Source of the DNA: Promethearchaeota archaeon
GTDB lineage: Archaea; Asgardarchaeota; Lokiarchaeia; Sigyniarchaeales; SOKP01
Direction: 5' to 3'
DNA: 60,431 nt
Assembly (NCBI GenBank): GCA_011364975.1
Contig: RDOE01000010.1
Span: 1 to 60,431 of the forward strand
Shown here in pieces: positions 30,801 to 39,723 of the stretch. The notes under the pieces were generated by a model. The model was given only the letters and a program-made list of their open reading frames with translations, did not search any database and was not told where the DNA came from. A program made the position numbers and the translations under genes. The stretch's first letter is position 1; the number at the start of each line of letters is the position of its first letter.

Positions 30801-32639
30801 TTTTGAACTTTCTAAATAACCAGTGATAGATTCATTTATATTTAAAATTTTAGTTAAGGCATCAATAGCTGACTCAATATTTACTCTTCCATAACCTTCA
30901 TGTTCATCTTTCAAACTACTGGATATCCCCATAAAATTGGATGGTGAATAGGTTTCCTCATTTATGACCGTGCTAGGATCATCTTCTCGATTCAAATTAG
31001 TTTCTGAAGCTGTCATAAGTAAAACTGCTTTTAAATAGTTAACCCAATAATCTAAATTATCATTATTCCAATTCATCCAAGTTCCCCATTTAGCTTCTAT
31101 CAACAAATTTAGAGTGGCGGCTATAATAGCCGCAGAAATTGAAGTTCCATACGCTCCTGTAGCACTATTTGGTATTTTACCAGCACTTATCACAGATCGA
31201 TGTCCTTCTAATAAACTTCCTCCAGGTGCAACAATATCTGGCTTTATAATATTTTCTGAGATTTCTTTTCCCATACTACTAAAACTCGAAATATGATCTC
31301 TATCATTTATTGCCCCAACTACTATTGCTCTTTCATTTGATGCTATACTATTCAATGGGCTAACTCCAGATACTCCCGCATTTCCTGCTGCGATAACAAC
31401 GAAAATATCATTATCAATAACTTCATCAATCACTCTATTTATCGCTATGACATCTGTCCCGAATGTTGCTAAACTTAGACATACACTCACAATGTGAAAT
31501 TTTGTTCTATTTTGAATAACGCTACCTAAAGCAGAAATTAGATCTGAGACATAACCACGACCAGATTGGTTTGCTACTTTATAGCTAAGGATTTTTGTAG
31601 CATTTGCAATTCCAGTATAATGATTATAATCTTGAGTATATACCTCTGGAAAAAAAGAGCAATTCACATTGTATGAAAAAATAGGATTAGTATCACTTTT
31701 TTTGTGATATTTTATATATAAATCATATATTCCTAATCCTGATTGAGAAAGGTCTTGAAAAATTATTAAGTTTTCATCAGAGTTTTGATGTTTTGAAGAA
31801 TTTACTAATATAGAATCATGATATAGTTCGAACCAAATTGAATCTATTTCACTTGATTTAAAATGAGACGTTGAGTTAATAGAGATAAAAGAGTTTGATT
31901 TCGAGGCATTGAAGGTAAGAATTTTTAAAGAGTAATTTTTAGCTGGTAGAAATTCATCAAATAACTCTAAATGAGTAATACTGTCATTTAAGTTAATAAA
32001 TGATGGAATTTCTGCATTATAAGGTAATAAACCTGTACCTGAAACGACAGATGATATAAAAGTACCGTGACCATTGTCATCAGATATTGGGTTATTATTT
32101 ACAAAATTTTCCCATCCGATTAAATGGTTTTGAATATAAAGGTTTGCAGGATCTACACCAGTATCTAAAATTGCTATGGATGAATTTGTTTCACCATTTA
32201 ACCCATTGGTTGACCATGAAGAATTAACTGACTGCGTCTGAACACTTACATAATTCATTTGAGTTTGGATAATTTCATCATTTTCAATATTAATTCCTGG
32301 AAATTCTTGTTTGAAATCTGAAATATTTTCTGATGGAAATAAGCCAGCAAAACCAGAGAAATGATCAAATATACCATTCCAATCTTCGTTTTCTTTAAAA
32401 TTACCACCATAAAATTCAAATCTCGTTTTCATTGAAGGATCATAACTGGATGTATTGTAGAATACAATAACTTCTTGTAAATCTGGATTTGATGTTAAGA
32501 GAAATTCCCGAGTTGGTTCCTTAAAATCTTTTGTTGTCCTATTCCTAATAGAATTATTATTGAAAGTAATAGTTATCATTGGAGAAAGAAGAAGGAAAAT
32601 AATTAGCATTGCACCTTTATTTTTGAAGAAGCCTTTCAT
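27840..32639 (-). CDS. Membrane-anchored S8 subtilase with multiple extracellular beta domains and cytoplasmic double Zn-ribbon
   Basis: ILDTG (Asp), NGHGT (His), AAGN (oxyanion), GTSIS (Ser), KPDIVAPG; N-terminal signal, Ig-like (DG.Y...V.AYD..GN) domain, C-terminal TM, four Cys pairs. Confidence 0.9.
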   Translation of the reverse strand: MKGFFKNKGAMLIIFLLLSPMITITFNNNSIRNRTTKDFKEPTREFLLTSNPDLQEVIVFYNTSSYDPSMKTRFEFYGGNFKENEDWNGIFDHFSGFAGLFPSENISDFKQEFPGINIENDEIIQTQMNYVSVQTQSVNSSWSTNGLNGETNSSIAILDTGVDPANLYIQNHLIGWENFVNNNPISDDNGHGTFISSVVSGTGLLPYNAEIPSFINLNDSITHLELFDEFLPAKNYSLKILTFNASKSNSFISINSTSHFKSSEIDSIWFELYHDSILVNSSKHQNSDENLIIFQDLSQSGLGIYDLYIKYHKKSDTNPIFSYNVNCSFFPEVYTQDYNHYTGIANATKILSYKVANQSGRGYVSDLISALGSVIQNRTKFHIVSVCLSLATFGTDVIAINRVIDEVIDNDIFVVIAAGNAGVSGVSPLNSIASNERAIVVGAINDRDHISSFSSMGKEISENIIKPDIVAPGGSLLEGHRSVISAGKIPNSATGAYGTSISAAIIAATLNLLIEAKWGTWMNWNNDNLDYWVNYLKAVLLMTASETNLNREDDPSTVINEETYSPSNFMGISSSLKDEHEGYGRVNIESAIDALTKILNINESITGYLESSKENPLGTHVVARKVALEKNTQYLFNLTDFKGDVEFDVYLFSNNTNQYGEPILLQSSRKWYDNLSYFYFIPKSNETNCVLTIKAIEGRSNFSLIITPVRNDFIPELKIAEIRYVGASKNDTIISLQEFYGNQPLKNYSIDNYFFYIDYFDNDISNVPPQEVYVHILETSQNYSLFKINPLDNNFTNGVTFRSEAVRFPSSGLYHYYFIASDGNHVVRFPSFGELSILIEFPTDSKQFPYSHNFMNGLDGWIFNGTGWGLLNQSNINDNRSLIYENIWSSIYFGRDHFYPQDYTYQPYIITNPYPNGTLRSPLFNLTQIDNNMTHPFASFGLRVSINTGDFIFLQINLNWTGWFTLKTYTNFENEWFIEKINLTDYIGNFIQFRFLASLDEQFDPINYKGLMLDYFSLVNYTNYYYPEVEPHIEQDISQFDGFRFSKFTFSCNYYDRDNNYPEFVYVEIGEYNYSMINIYGAWNASDKLAGTKGIFFVRSLPLNEFLNLSFRFHISDGKFTNSSIWFNQDNSVITFQDPTPREFNIYHEGKNIGYNFDEKKSNDFYITGTPKQKESTTWLLGDNSWHTISILNKTYLYGGLGQSFGSINQGYGTNWEINLLTHPLQLNSQYSVYLKFYHDFDLQNEVFLEENLDRCSISISSDFGNSWILLKEFYYDNEDLLGNQSIDISSYFNQVVMFRFTLYTNENVVGIGDGWLISDIYVGYDKETDFITPNIQILNPSDNARISATILFTATISDNKGLDSSRIYVLLNNKIIDKEMINFNLSTGLLSFLWDTTHQTDGNYKVIVRAYDMEGNLGEATLFVIIENGIFNMRMWGPWIILVIAALGLGIIIYFISEKKGKLGINKKHDLNAEKVRLKNIDKEQIKKRIELFESDDLVERPLILHCKFCKSWFESIKFNFICPICGHDQIYAAYNCMNCGKWYYKDEPGDYYFCKTKKCEGIKLVRRELEEIKELLGNKGIYLRKFRQKKKKFSILD

Positions 32640-35600
32640 TTGTCTTTTCCCTCTCTTTGTTGATTAACTACTTTATCATGTTTTAATTCTTCTAATTCTA
32701 AATGTGATTTTCCAATTTCATTTTGACCTAATTCTTTAATTTTCTCCTTCAAAGTTTGCTCAATCCTTAAAATGGAATCAAATTTACTCGATTTTAGTAA
32801 AATAGAATCATACTTCTGAGTTTCATACTTTTTGGAATTGTATTTATAAGTTTGCCATATAAATGAAAATAAAATAATTATCGAAATCAATCCTGGAATT
32901 AAAATAAATAAATTTTTAATATGTTCTGGTAGCATAACTTTAACTATAACTTGATTAGAAAGTGCTAGATTCTTTTGTAAATAATAATATTCGATACTTG
33001 CTGGTTTTAATTGGATATTTTTTTGATTTAGAGCTTCAATCTCATAGATAAAACTTTTATTTTCACTAGGTTTTAAACAATCAAGACGGTTAATTAAGCT
33101 TCCAGAGATTAAATTAAACTCTAGCTGAGTAAAGCTAAAAATATCGCTTAGATCAACTTCACCAATACAGATAGTACCCGTGTTTATAACGGTTAACTTT
33201 ACTTCAATGGTATCTCCAATTTCTACTTGATTTTTATTTATAGTTTTTAAAATTGAAAGATTTATAAAACCTAAAACAAGAATACCTGAATGTCCTATTT
33301 GGATTACATTACTCTCATAATTGTCGATAAAGTTTATTGAGGGATAATAATAACCTTTCCAATTTTCTTTAAGAATGCTGATATTCATCGTTTCTAATTC
33401 GTCTTGTTCTAAATTTTCAATAGTTAAAGATTTGTAATCTATTCTTTTTAGATCACCATAATAATTATTCATAGTAATTGATAAATTATTTATACCTAAT
33501 CCAGCTGGACTTCTATTTTTAATGCCTATTGTTATATTGAATATATCACCAATTCTAGGATCGCTTAAAGATGAGTTATAATGAATATCGATAATCTTTA
33601 TATATGGGAATCTACTTCTATAATCAATGGGGGCCGTTATATAAACTTCATTTGGTTTATTTACAAGAAAAGATGAATTTAAATTCTTAATATAATCTTG
33701 GTTATGATAAGTAACATTTGTCTCACTTATCTTTATCGAATTGGGAGTATAGAAGGAAAATTTAATAAGAATTTCCTCAGAAGGATTTAAAATAGGTATT
33801 CTATATTTTAATTTATTATCTTCAAGAGTAAAATTTTGCGTATCGTATATTATTCCGGGTAATGGTATTGTTATATTGACATCAAATGCTGGTTTTGTAC
33901 CTATATTTGTTAATATTAATGAATATTCATTTGATTCTCCGATTTTAGAATTAAAATTTAAAACGTGTGAATATGAAACTATTGAAGCCATTTCATAGGT
34001 GCTTAAAGAAATATCATTAGAAAACCTTATGTATTCGACCAATCCAGAAAATGAGCTATAGATGACTCTCGATCTTTGTATCTTATACTCATTAACATCT
34101 CGATAAGAAAATTCGACATTAAAATCATTAATAGAAATGTTGAATTGGTTTAAATTAACCCCTATCAATCTTATAATTATCGTATGATTATTTCTAGAGC
34201 TAGGATCAAAAAGCCAATCTAAAGTTCCTTCATTTTTAACAAATGAAAAAGTTTGTGTATCATTTATGGCTGAAACTAAGAAATCTGAAATATCTTGAAA
34301 CTCTTCAGTCGAAAAATTAAATATTTCTATATCCATAAGACTTTCTGGATCATTTAAATTGATAACTACGGAAACTCTATCTAAGGAATTATTCCAGAAA
34401 TCGATATAACTCTCATTTTTAAAAAGAAATTGAATTTCTAGCTCATGCTGATTGACATATTTTTGTTCAGATGTGATTTGCCAGCTTTCTTTATCTAATT
34501 CAAGTGCCATATAAGGATTGGTATCATTTATTGAGAATCCTGATATTAATGAAGGTAATTGAGGGAAATTATTTCTTATCGTAAAGTTATAACTATAAAA
34601 TGAGGTAAATGAGTCCAAATAACTTATAGAAAAATTTGAAAGCGTATAACTTATCGTTTTATTTGGCTCTAATTTCCAATTATCTTCATTCCATATACTA
34701 TAGGGATTAGTAAAAGTATTTATAAGATCATCTGGATATATTCCAATTGCTATTAAAGAAGCAATTAGTTGAGTGTTGCCAGTGGGGGGTGGTGCATTAA
34801 TAATATCTATTATATCTCCCATATTTGAATTATAAGGTAAAAGATTTGTGAAATTTAACATATTGGGATAATATGTATCTATTAAACCAGCACCAGTAGT
34901 ATCAAAATAAAATATTCGAGGGTTTTCATCAAAATTGAAAAAATCTTCTAAATTATCATACTGATTTGGATATTCACCGTTAACAACTTGCCAAATAGCT
35001 TCTTTTAGATCATCATCATAACCAAGTAAGCTACCAATTGGACCAACAATGAATGTAAATGCATCATCCAGGGTGATTGGGATTGAGGTAGGTATACCCC
35101 ATGCAGTTTCATTTCCCATGTTTTTAGCAGTAATGTTAAATGAAAAGTCTTTATATATCCCATAAGATGAATTGGGATTAATCAACTCTTTCTTTATAAC
35201 TATATTCGGTTCGGAATTACTTATTTTGTAATTGATTATCAAATCTCCAATAGGATTGAAGAGCCCAGTAGGGATTCCCGGAAATCCTTGGAGACCTAAT
35301 AGATGTAAAAAATTAATAAAGTTCGTAGACTCTTCTAAATTTACTGGAATGACATAACTCCTTTTAAAACCACCTTCATCTTCCCAGATAAGGTTAAACG
35401 AAAAAGCTTTAAGGGTTTCAATATCAAAATCAATGTCCGCATAAAATAATATTAAACCAATTTGTTCTAAAAGAAAATCGTAAAAATCAAAATTGGTAGG
35501 AGTAACGTCAATAATCTCTGTACTATAAATCTTGATATTAATATTACTCATAAATGCACCTGATAAAGCAATAAATACCTTTTCACTTGGTCTCAAAGGT

Positions 35601-36655
35601 TCTCCTAAATAATTTAAGCTTTTCCATAAGTCAAACTTATATTGATTATCACTTATAGAAGTTATTCCTTCACTCAATCCTTCATATTGAATCATCAAAC
35701 TAACATAATGTGATTCATTTGATAATTCGAACGTATTAAATATCTCGCTTAAACTTTCGATGTTTTCTTGTGAAACAGTTTCATTTATATTAATAAAATC
35801 AGTAAAATTCCCAAAAAGAGAAGAATAATCTACTAGTATTGTTGAAAACTGTTCAAATATCGTCTCGATGTCTATACTTTCTAAAAATGAAAGATCTAAT
35901 GACTCTAAATTGAAATTGACTTGATCTATCGACTCTAAGAAATCATCATTGAGTATATTCAAGTCGTTTATTATAAAAAATGTTGAAGATAAATGGTTTG
36001 TGTTAAAATAATTACTTGAACTTAAGCGTTGCAAATCTAATGCTTTCCAATAGCCATCCATGGGAAGATTACCAGTAACCTCTCTTAGAAATAATTCCCA
36101 ATTTGGATAATATCCAATAAAAGGGATAAAGTGAATATCAGACACATTTATAAGAATTAAGTCGATTTCAAATTTTCTTTTAATTATTTCAAGAGCTCTG
36201 TTTGCTCTAAATTCAACAGACTTAGCATCTAAATCATTATCATAATATAAAAATCCGGCAAAACTATTAAAGCTCATTTCATAATGATTATTTGCGCTAT
36301 CTCCCGCTAATATTTTTGGAAATGCTTTTGGTAAAATTCCATTAGAAACACTTATGAGTATGTTACACTTATAAAATGCAGGATCTCTTGTATCAAATCT
36401 AGGAAAAATACTAGTATCATTTGAAAACATCGATTGTTTTATGAGAGAGGTATTACCCGCTAAAACTACATCGATATTTTCCGCATAAAGATCAGTACCT
36501 GCAATATCTGATGTTTGAGGCCCTTCTATTATCCAGTCTTGCTTTTGACTGGCATTAAAAGAACTTTTTAGTATATAATTTATATTTAGGCCAACAATCA
36601 GGTCAATTAGGATTATTAATATAATTATAATATCTTTTCTTAGTTTCAAGTTCAC
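32636..36655 (-). CDS. Large secreted/membrane-anchored protein with DUF11/BatD-like Ig domains
   Basis: N-terminal hydrophobic signal, repeated K......GD...V...V.N.G motifs, many N-x-S/T sequons, C-terminal TM plus charged tail; its TGA overlaps the subtilase ATG (ATGA). Confidence 0.75.
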   Translation of the reverse strand: MNLKLRKDIIIILIILIDLIVGLNINYILKSSFNASQKQDWIIEGPQTSDIAGTDLYAENIDVVLAGNTSLIKQSMFSNDTSIFPRFDTRDPAFYKCNILISVSNGILPKAFPKILAGDSANNHYEMSFNSFAGFLYYDNDLDAKSVEFRANRALEIIKRKFEIDLILINVSDIHFIPFIGYYPNWELFLREVTGNLPMDGYWKALDLQRLSSSNYFNTNHLSSTFFIINDLNILNDDFLESIDQVNFNLESLDLSFLESIDIETIFEQFSTILVDYSSLFGNFTDFININETVSQENIESLSEIFNTFELSNESHYVSLMIQYEGLSEGITSISDNQYKFDLWKSLNYLGEPLRPSEKVFIALSGAFMSNINIKIYSTEIIDVTPTNFDFYDFLLEQIGLILFYADIDFDIETLKAFSFNLIWEDEGGFKRSYVIPVNLEESTNFINFLHLLGLQGFPGIPTGLFNPIGDLIINYKISNSEPNIVIKKELINPNSSYGIYKDFSFNITAKNMGNETAWGIPTSIPITLDDAFTFIVGPIGSLLGYDDDLKEAIWQVVNGEYPNQYDNLEDFFNFDENPRIFYFDTTGAGLIDTYYPNMLNFTNLLPYNSNMGDIIDIINAPPPTGNTQLIASLIAIGIYPDDLINTFTNPYSIWNEDNWKLEPNKTISYTLSNFSISYLDSFTSFYSYNFTIRNNFPQLPSLISGFSINDTNPYMALELDKESWQITSEQKYVNQHELEIQFLFKNESYIDFWNNSLDRVSVVINLNDPESLMDIEIFNFSTEEFQDISDFLVSAINDTQTFSFVKNEGTLDWLFDPSSRNNHTIIIRLIGVNLNQFNISINDFNVEFSYRDVNEYKIQRSRVIYSSFSGLVEYIRFSNDISLSTYEMASIVSYSHVLNFNSKIGESNEYSLILTNIGTKPAFDVNITIPLPGIIYDTQNFTLEDNKLKYRIPILNPSEEILIKFSFYTPNSIKISETNVTYHNQDYIKNLNSSFLVNKPNEVYITAPIDYRSRFPYIKIIDIHYNSSLSDPRIGDIFNITIGIKNRSPAGLGINNLSITMNNYYGDLKRIDYKSLTIENLEQDELETMNISILKENWKGYYYPSINFIDNYESNVIQIGHSGILVLGFINLSILKTINKNQVEIGDTIEVKLTVINTGTICIGEVDLSDIFSFTQLEFNLISGSLINRLDCLKPSENKSFIYEIEALNQKNIQLKPASIEYYYLQKNLALSNQVIVKVMLPEHIKNLFILIPGLISIIILFSFIWQTYKYNSKKYETQKYDSILLKSSKFDSILRIEQTLKEKIKELGQNEIGKSHLELEELKHDKVVNQQREGKDK

Positions 36656-36663
36656 TCCTCTTC

Positions 36664-39600
36664 CTACATAGTTTCGCGGTAAATTTCTACTATCTTTCTC
36701 TTCCGAGATTTTCTTAATAACAATCTCATGCCAATCAATGTAAAAATTATTGATACAGTGAATACAATGATCATATTTGATAAAGGAAAAGTAGGAATAT
36801 TTGGTAAATCACTTAATAGGTTTACTGAAGTAGATAATAATAATCCTGTGAACCACCCCACTAATACTCCTACACTACCACTACTTAGCATTATAATTAA
36901 CGATTCAATAGTAAACATGCGATTCATATCTCTTCCTTTCAGGCCTAATGTTCTAATAATCCCTATTTCTTTCTTTCTCTCAATGATGGTTGAATATGAA
37001 GAAGAAATTAGCCCAAAAAGGCAAATCACAATTGTAGCATCCAATGTCAAACTAAAGAAAGTATCTAAAATTGTAAAATAGGATTGTTGTTGGCCTGAAG
37101 ATTGCTGTAAATTTACGATTTCAAAATCATATGATTCCCTATTTTGTTCTTCTAAATCTAAAGTTATTTGTTGGGAATTACTTAAACTGTTTAAACTTAA
37201 TTTAATAAAAATTTTATCTAGATACGGTATTTGAGGGATGTCCATAATGCTCATATAGATTTCCTGCGAAATCATTACTCCTCCCATTTGGGCAGAGGCT
37301 CCAGACCTCCCGAATTCAGCAAAAAAACCGGGCATACTAGCTGCAACTCCAATTACTTTAAATTTATAGATTTCAGATTCATCTCCTCTCTGAATAACCA
37401 TTCTAATTATATCTCCCACTAATATATTTAGATTAGAAGATATAGCTTCTGATATAATACAAGTGAAATATTGTTCAGTTTCAAATAATTGATTAAATGA
37501 ATCTGAAGTACCCCCTTGAGTAAATTCAATATACTGTGTTTTAATAGTAGAAGAATATTCCTGATCAATTCCGATTAGACTAATTTCTATTGTTGATAAT
37601 CCTGTATAATCGCCAATCTCCGCAATAAATTCCTTCCCTTCTTCAGAATAAATTTGAGTAAGATGGAAAGGGCTAGCTATAACAGTTGAAACCCTCTCAA
37701 TGCCCTCAATGCTAAGAAGCGTTGTCTTAAAATCATTAGTTAATATCCTATTAGGATTAACTGAGAAACCGTTATCTTGGAGTTGAATTATATCAGAACT
37801 TATTTCCTTAATATGTGAGGTACTCAAAAATCCACCCCCTCCAAATATGCCCCCAAATCCATCGCTCTCCTCGGGATCGTCCCATCCATCTGTTTCTATA
37901 ACAATATCTGCTCCGTAACGTAGATTAGAGCTAATTACTCCTTGATTCGAAAGGAAATCAAATGCCCCCGCAGTAAATATTACAAATGAAAAAGTGAATG
38001 CAAAAATCACAATAGTACTGAAATTCCTTCGAGCATACCTGAATATAAAAATTCTATATACTGGTGCTAACTTTTTTGAAAAAAGCTTAAATATTAAAAT
38101 GAAAAACCGTATTATTAACGGCATTATTCCCAACCCTGCTAACGTAGTACCAATCAAAAAGATTATTAGAAGTGCTATTAAAGTACCAGCAATAAGAGAA
38201 ATACTTCCCGAATTTATTATTCGGGGAATTATTAATAATACAAATCCTCCATTCACTGCTAAAATAATTCCAGTTATAATTAATTTATAGTTAACAGATG
38301 CTCTTTTTTTCAATTTATACAAAACATCTTCTTTTCTATAAGGATGAATTGATTCAATTAATTGCAATCGCATTACTCTATATGCAGGAGAAATACTTAC
38401 AAATAGCCCAACAGTTAGTCCAATCAAGAAGGAGATTAATACTGACCAAAATGTAATTGAAAATGTGACATTTCCTGCTAATCCTGGTATTGTATTAGCA
38501 ACAACGTTAGCAGCAATAGGAAGAATTATAAAACGAGTTGAAAAGTAAGCCACAACAATCCCTAATATAGTACCAATACCACATAATAAGAATCCCTGCA
38601 TAAGAACAATAGATAAATTATATTTTTTTGTGGCGCCTAAAGTCCGAAATATTCCAAATTCTCGAATTCTTTCTTCAACTGAGGTTTTTAAAATCCCATT
38701 AATCAAAACCCCAGAAATTAACATAGAAATCATAGAAACAAAAACAAAAATAATCGTAATTCCCACACTAAGGAATTCTGAAAATCCCAATACTTCTAGT
38801 TTGGGTAAATCTATATAATATTCATTAAGTCCAATTAACATCTGAAGATCTGCTGCAATACTCTTTACTTTATTTTCAGAACCTTCGATATCACGAGCAT
38901 CGTAGAAAATTTGGTCTTTATTCAGGGTTAAAATTAATTCATTACAAGTCCCTTGAATTGATTCACTTCCAAAAATATCGTATAATGTCGTAATATCCAT
39001 TACTATTAGAGGTCGATTCTTATATCCTATAGGCCATTTAAGTTGAAAATCAAAAATCTTATCTATCGTGAAATTACTAGCGGAATAAGTAATTTTACCT
39101 CCATGTTGTAACCCCATTCTAATTTCTATAGTATCATTTTCAGCATACTTTATATCCTTATTAAATTCATAATATATTGCGCAATGATATAGAGGCAAAC
39201 TATGAAGATCAAGGATCTTATTGGAATTTGGAATAACAAAACTCCCAAATCCAGTACTTCTTTCAAGAGAAAAATTGATACCTGATATAAAGACAGAATA
39301 TCTCTCATTGCTTAATTCATTAGTATAAAATCCTTTAGATGCATTAACGTTTCCCCATATACTCATTCTGGGGACAAAATTCTCAATATCATCACTATTA
39401 TCTTTAATGGTTTGAATTATAGGATTATAAGTAAAGTAGTTAGATCGATTTAGTGGTTCTCCATTATAATGGCGAACATTAATATTAAAGTCTTGTCCGC
39501 CAGCATCTATACTTAAATAATCTACGAAGGTCACTGAAATAGAATCAGATAAAAACAGAACTAAGGCCAGCATAGCTACAGAAATCATTACTCCAATTAT

Positions 39601-39675
39601 CCCTATAGCATTTCTTACTTTATGTCGTGAAAGGTCCTTAAAAGCATATGATAAGAGTGTTTTTATATTAGGCAT
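36664..39675 (-). CDS. Tandem FtsX/MacB-type ABC permease
   Basis: EERIREFGIFRTLG and ERKKEIGIIRTLG motifs; paralogue of 24849..27815. Confidence 0.9.
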   Translation of the reverse strand: MPNIKTLLSYAFKDLSRHKVRNAIGIIGVMISVAMLALVLFLSDSISVTFVDYLSIDAGGQDFNINVRHYNGEPLNRSNYFTYNPIIQTIKDNSDDIENFVPRMSIWGNVNASKGFYTNELSNERYSVFISGINFSLERSTGFGSFVIPNSNKILDLHSLPLYHCAIYYEFNKDIKYAENDTIEIRMGLQHGGKITYSASNFTIDKIFDFQLKWPIGYKNRPLIVMDITTLYDIFGSESIQGTCNELILTLNKDQIFYDARDIEGSENKVKSIAADLQMLIGLNEYYIDLPKLEVLGFSEFLSVGITIIFVFVSMISMLISGVLINGILKTSVEERIREFGIFRTLGATKKYNLSIVLMQGFLLCGIGTILGIVVAYFSTRFIILPIAANVVANTIPGLAGNVTFSITFWSVLISFLIGLTVGLFVSISPAYRVMRLQLIESIHPYRKEDVLYKLKKRASVNYKLIITGIILAVNGGFVLLIIPRIINSGSISLIAGTLIALLIIFLIGTTLAGLGIMPLIIRFFILIFKLFSKKLAPVYRIFIFRYARRNFSTIVIFAFTFSFVIFTAGAFDFLSNQGVISSNLRYGADIVIETDGWDDPEESDGFGGIFGGGGFLSTSHIKEISSDIIQLQDNGFSVNPNRILTNDFKTTLLSIEGIERVSTVIASPFHLTQIYSEEGKEFIAEIGDYTGLSTIEISLIGIDQEYSSTIKTQYIEFTQGGTSDSFNQLFETEQYFTCIISEAISSNLNILVGDIIRMVIQRGDESEIYKFKVIGVAASMPGFFAEFGRSGASAQMGGVMISQEIYMSIMDIPQIPYLDKIFIKLSLNSLSNSQQITLDLEEQNRESYDFEIVNLQQSSGQQQSYFTILDTFFSLTLDATIVICLFGLISSSYSTIIERKKEIGIIRTLGLKGRDMNRMFTIESLIIMLSSGSVGVLVGWFTGLLLSTSVNLLSDLPNIPTFPLSNMIIVFTVSIIFTLIGMRLLLRKSRKRKIVEIYRETM

Positions 39676-39723
39676 AAAAATTTTTAAAGAATTTATTTTA
39701 AGATTTTTTAAATTTCTTTGAAT

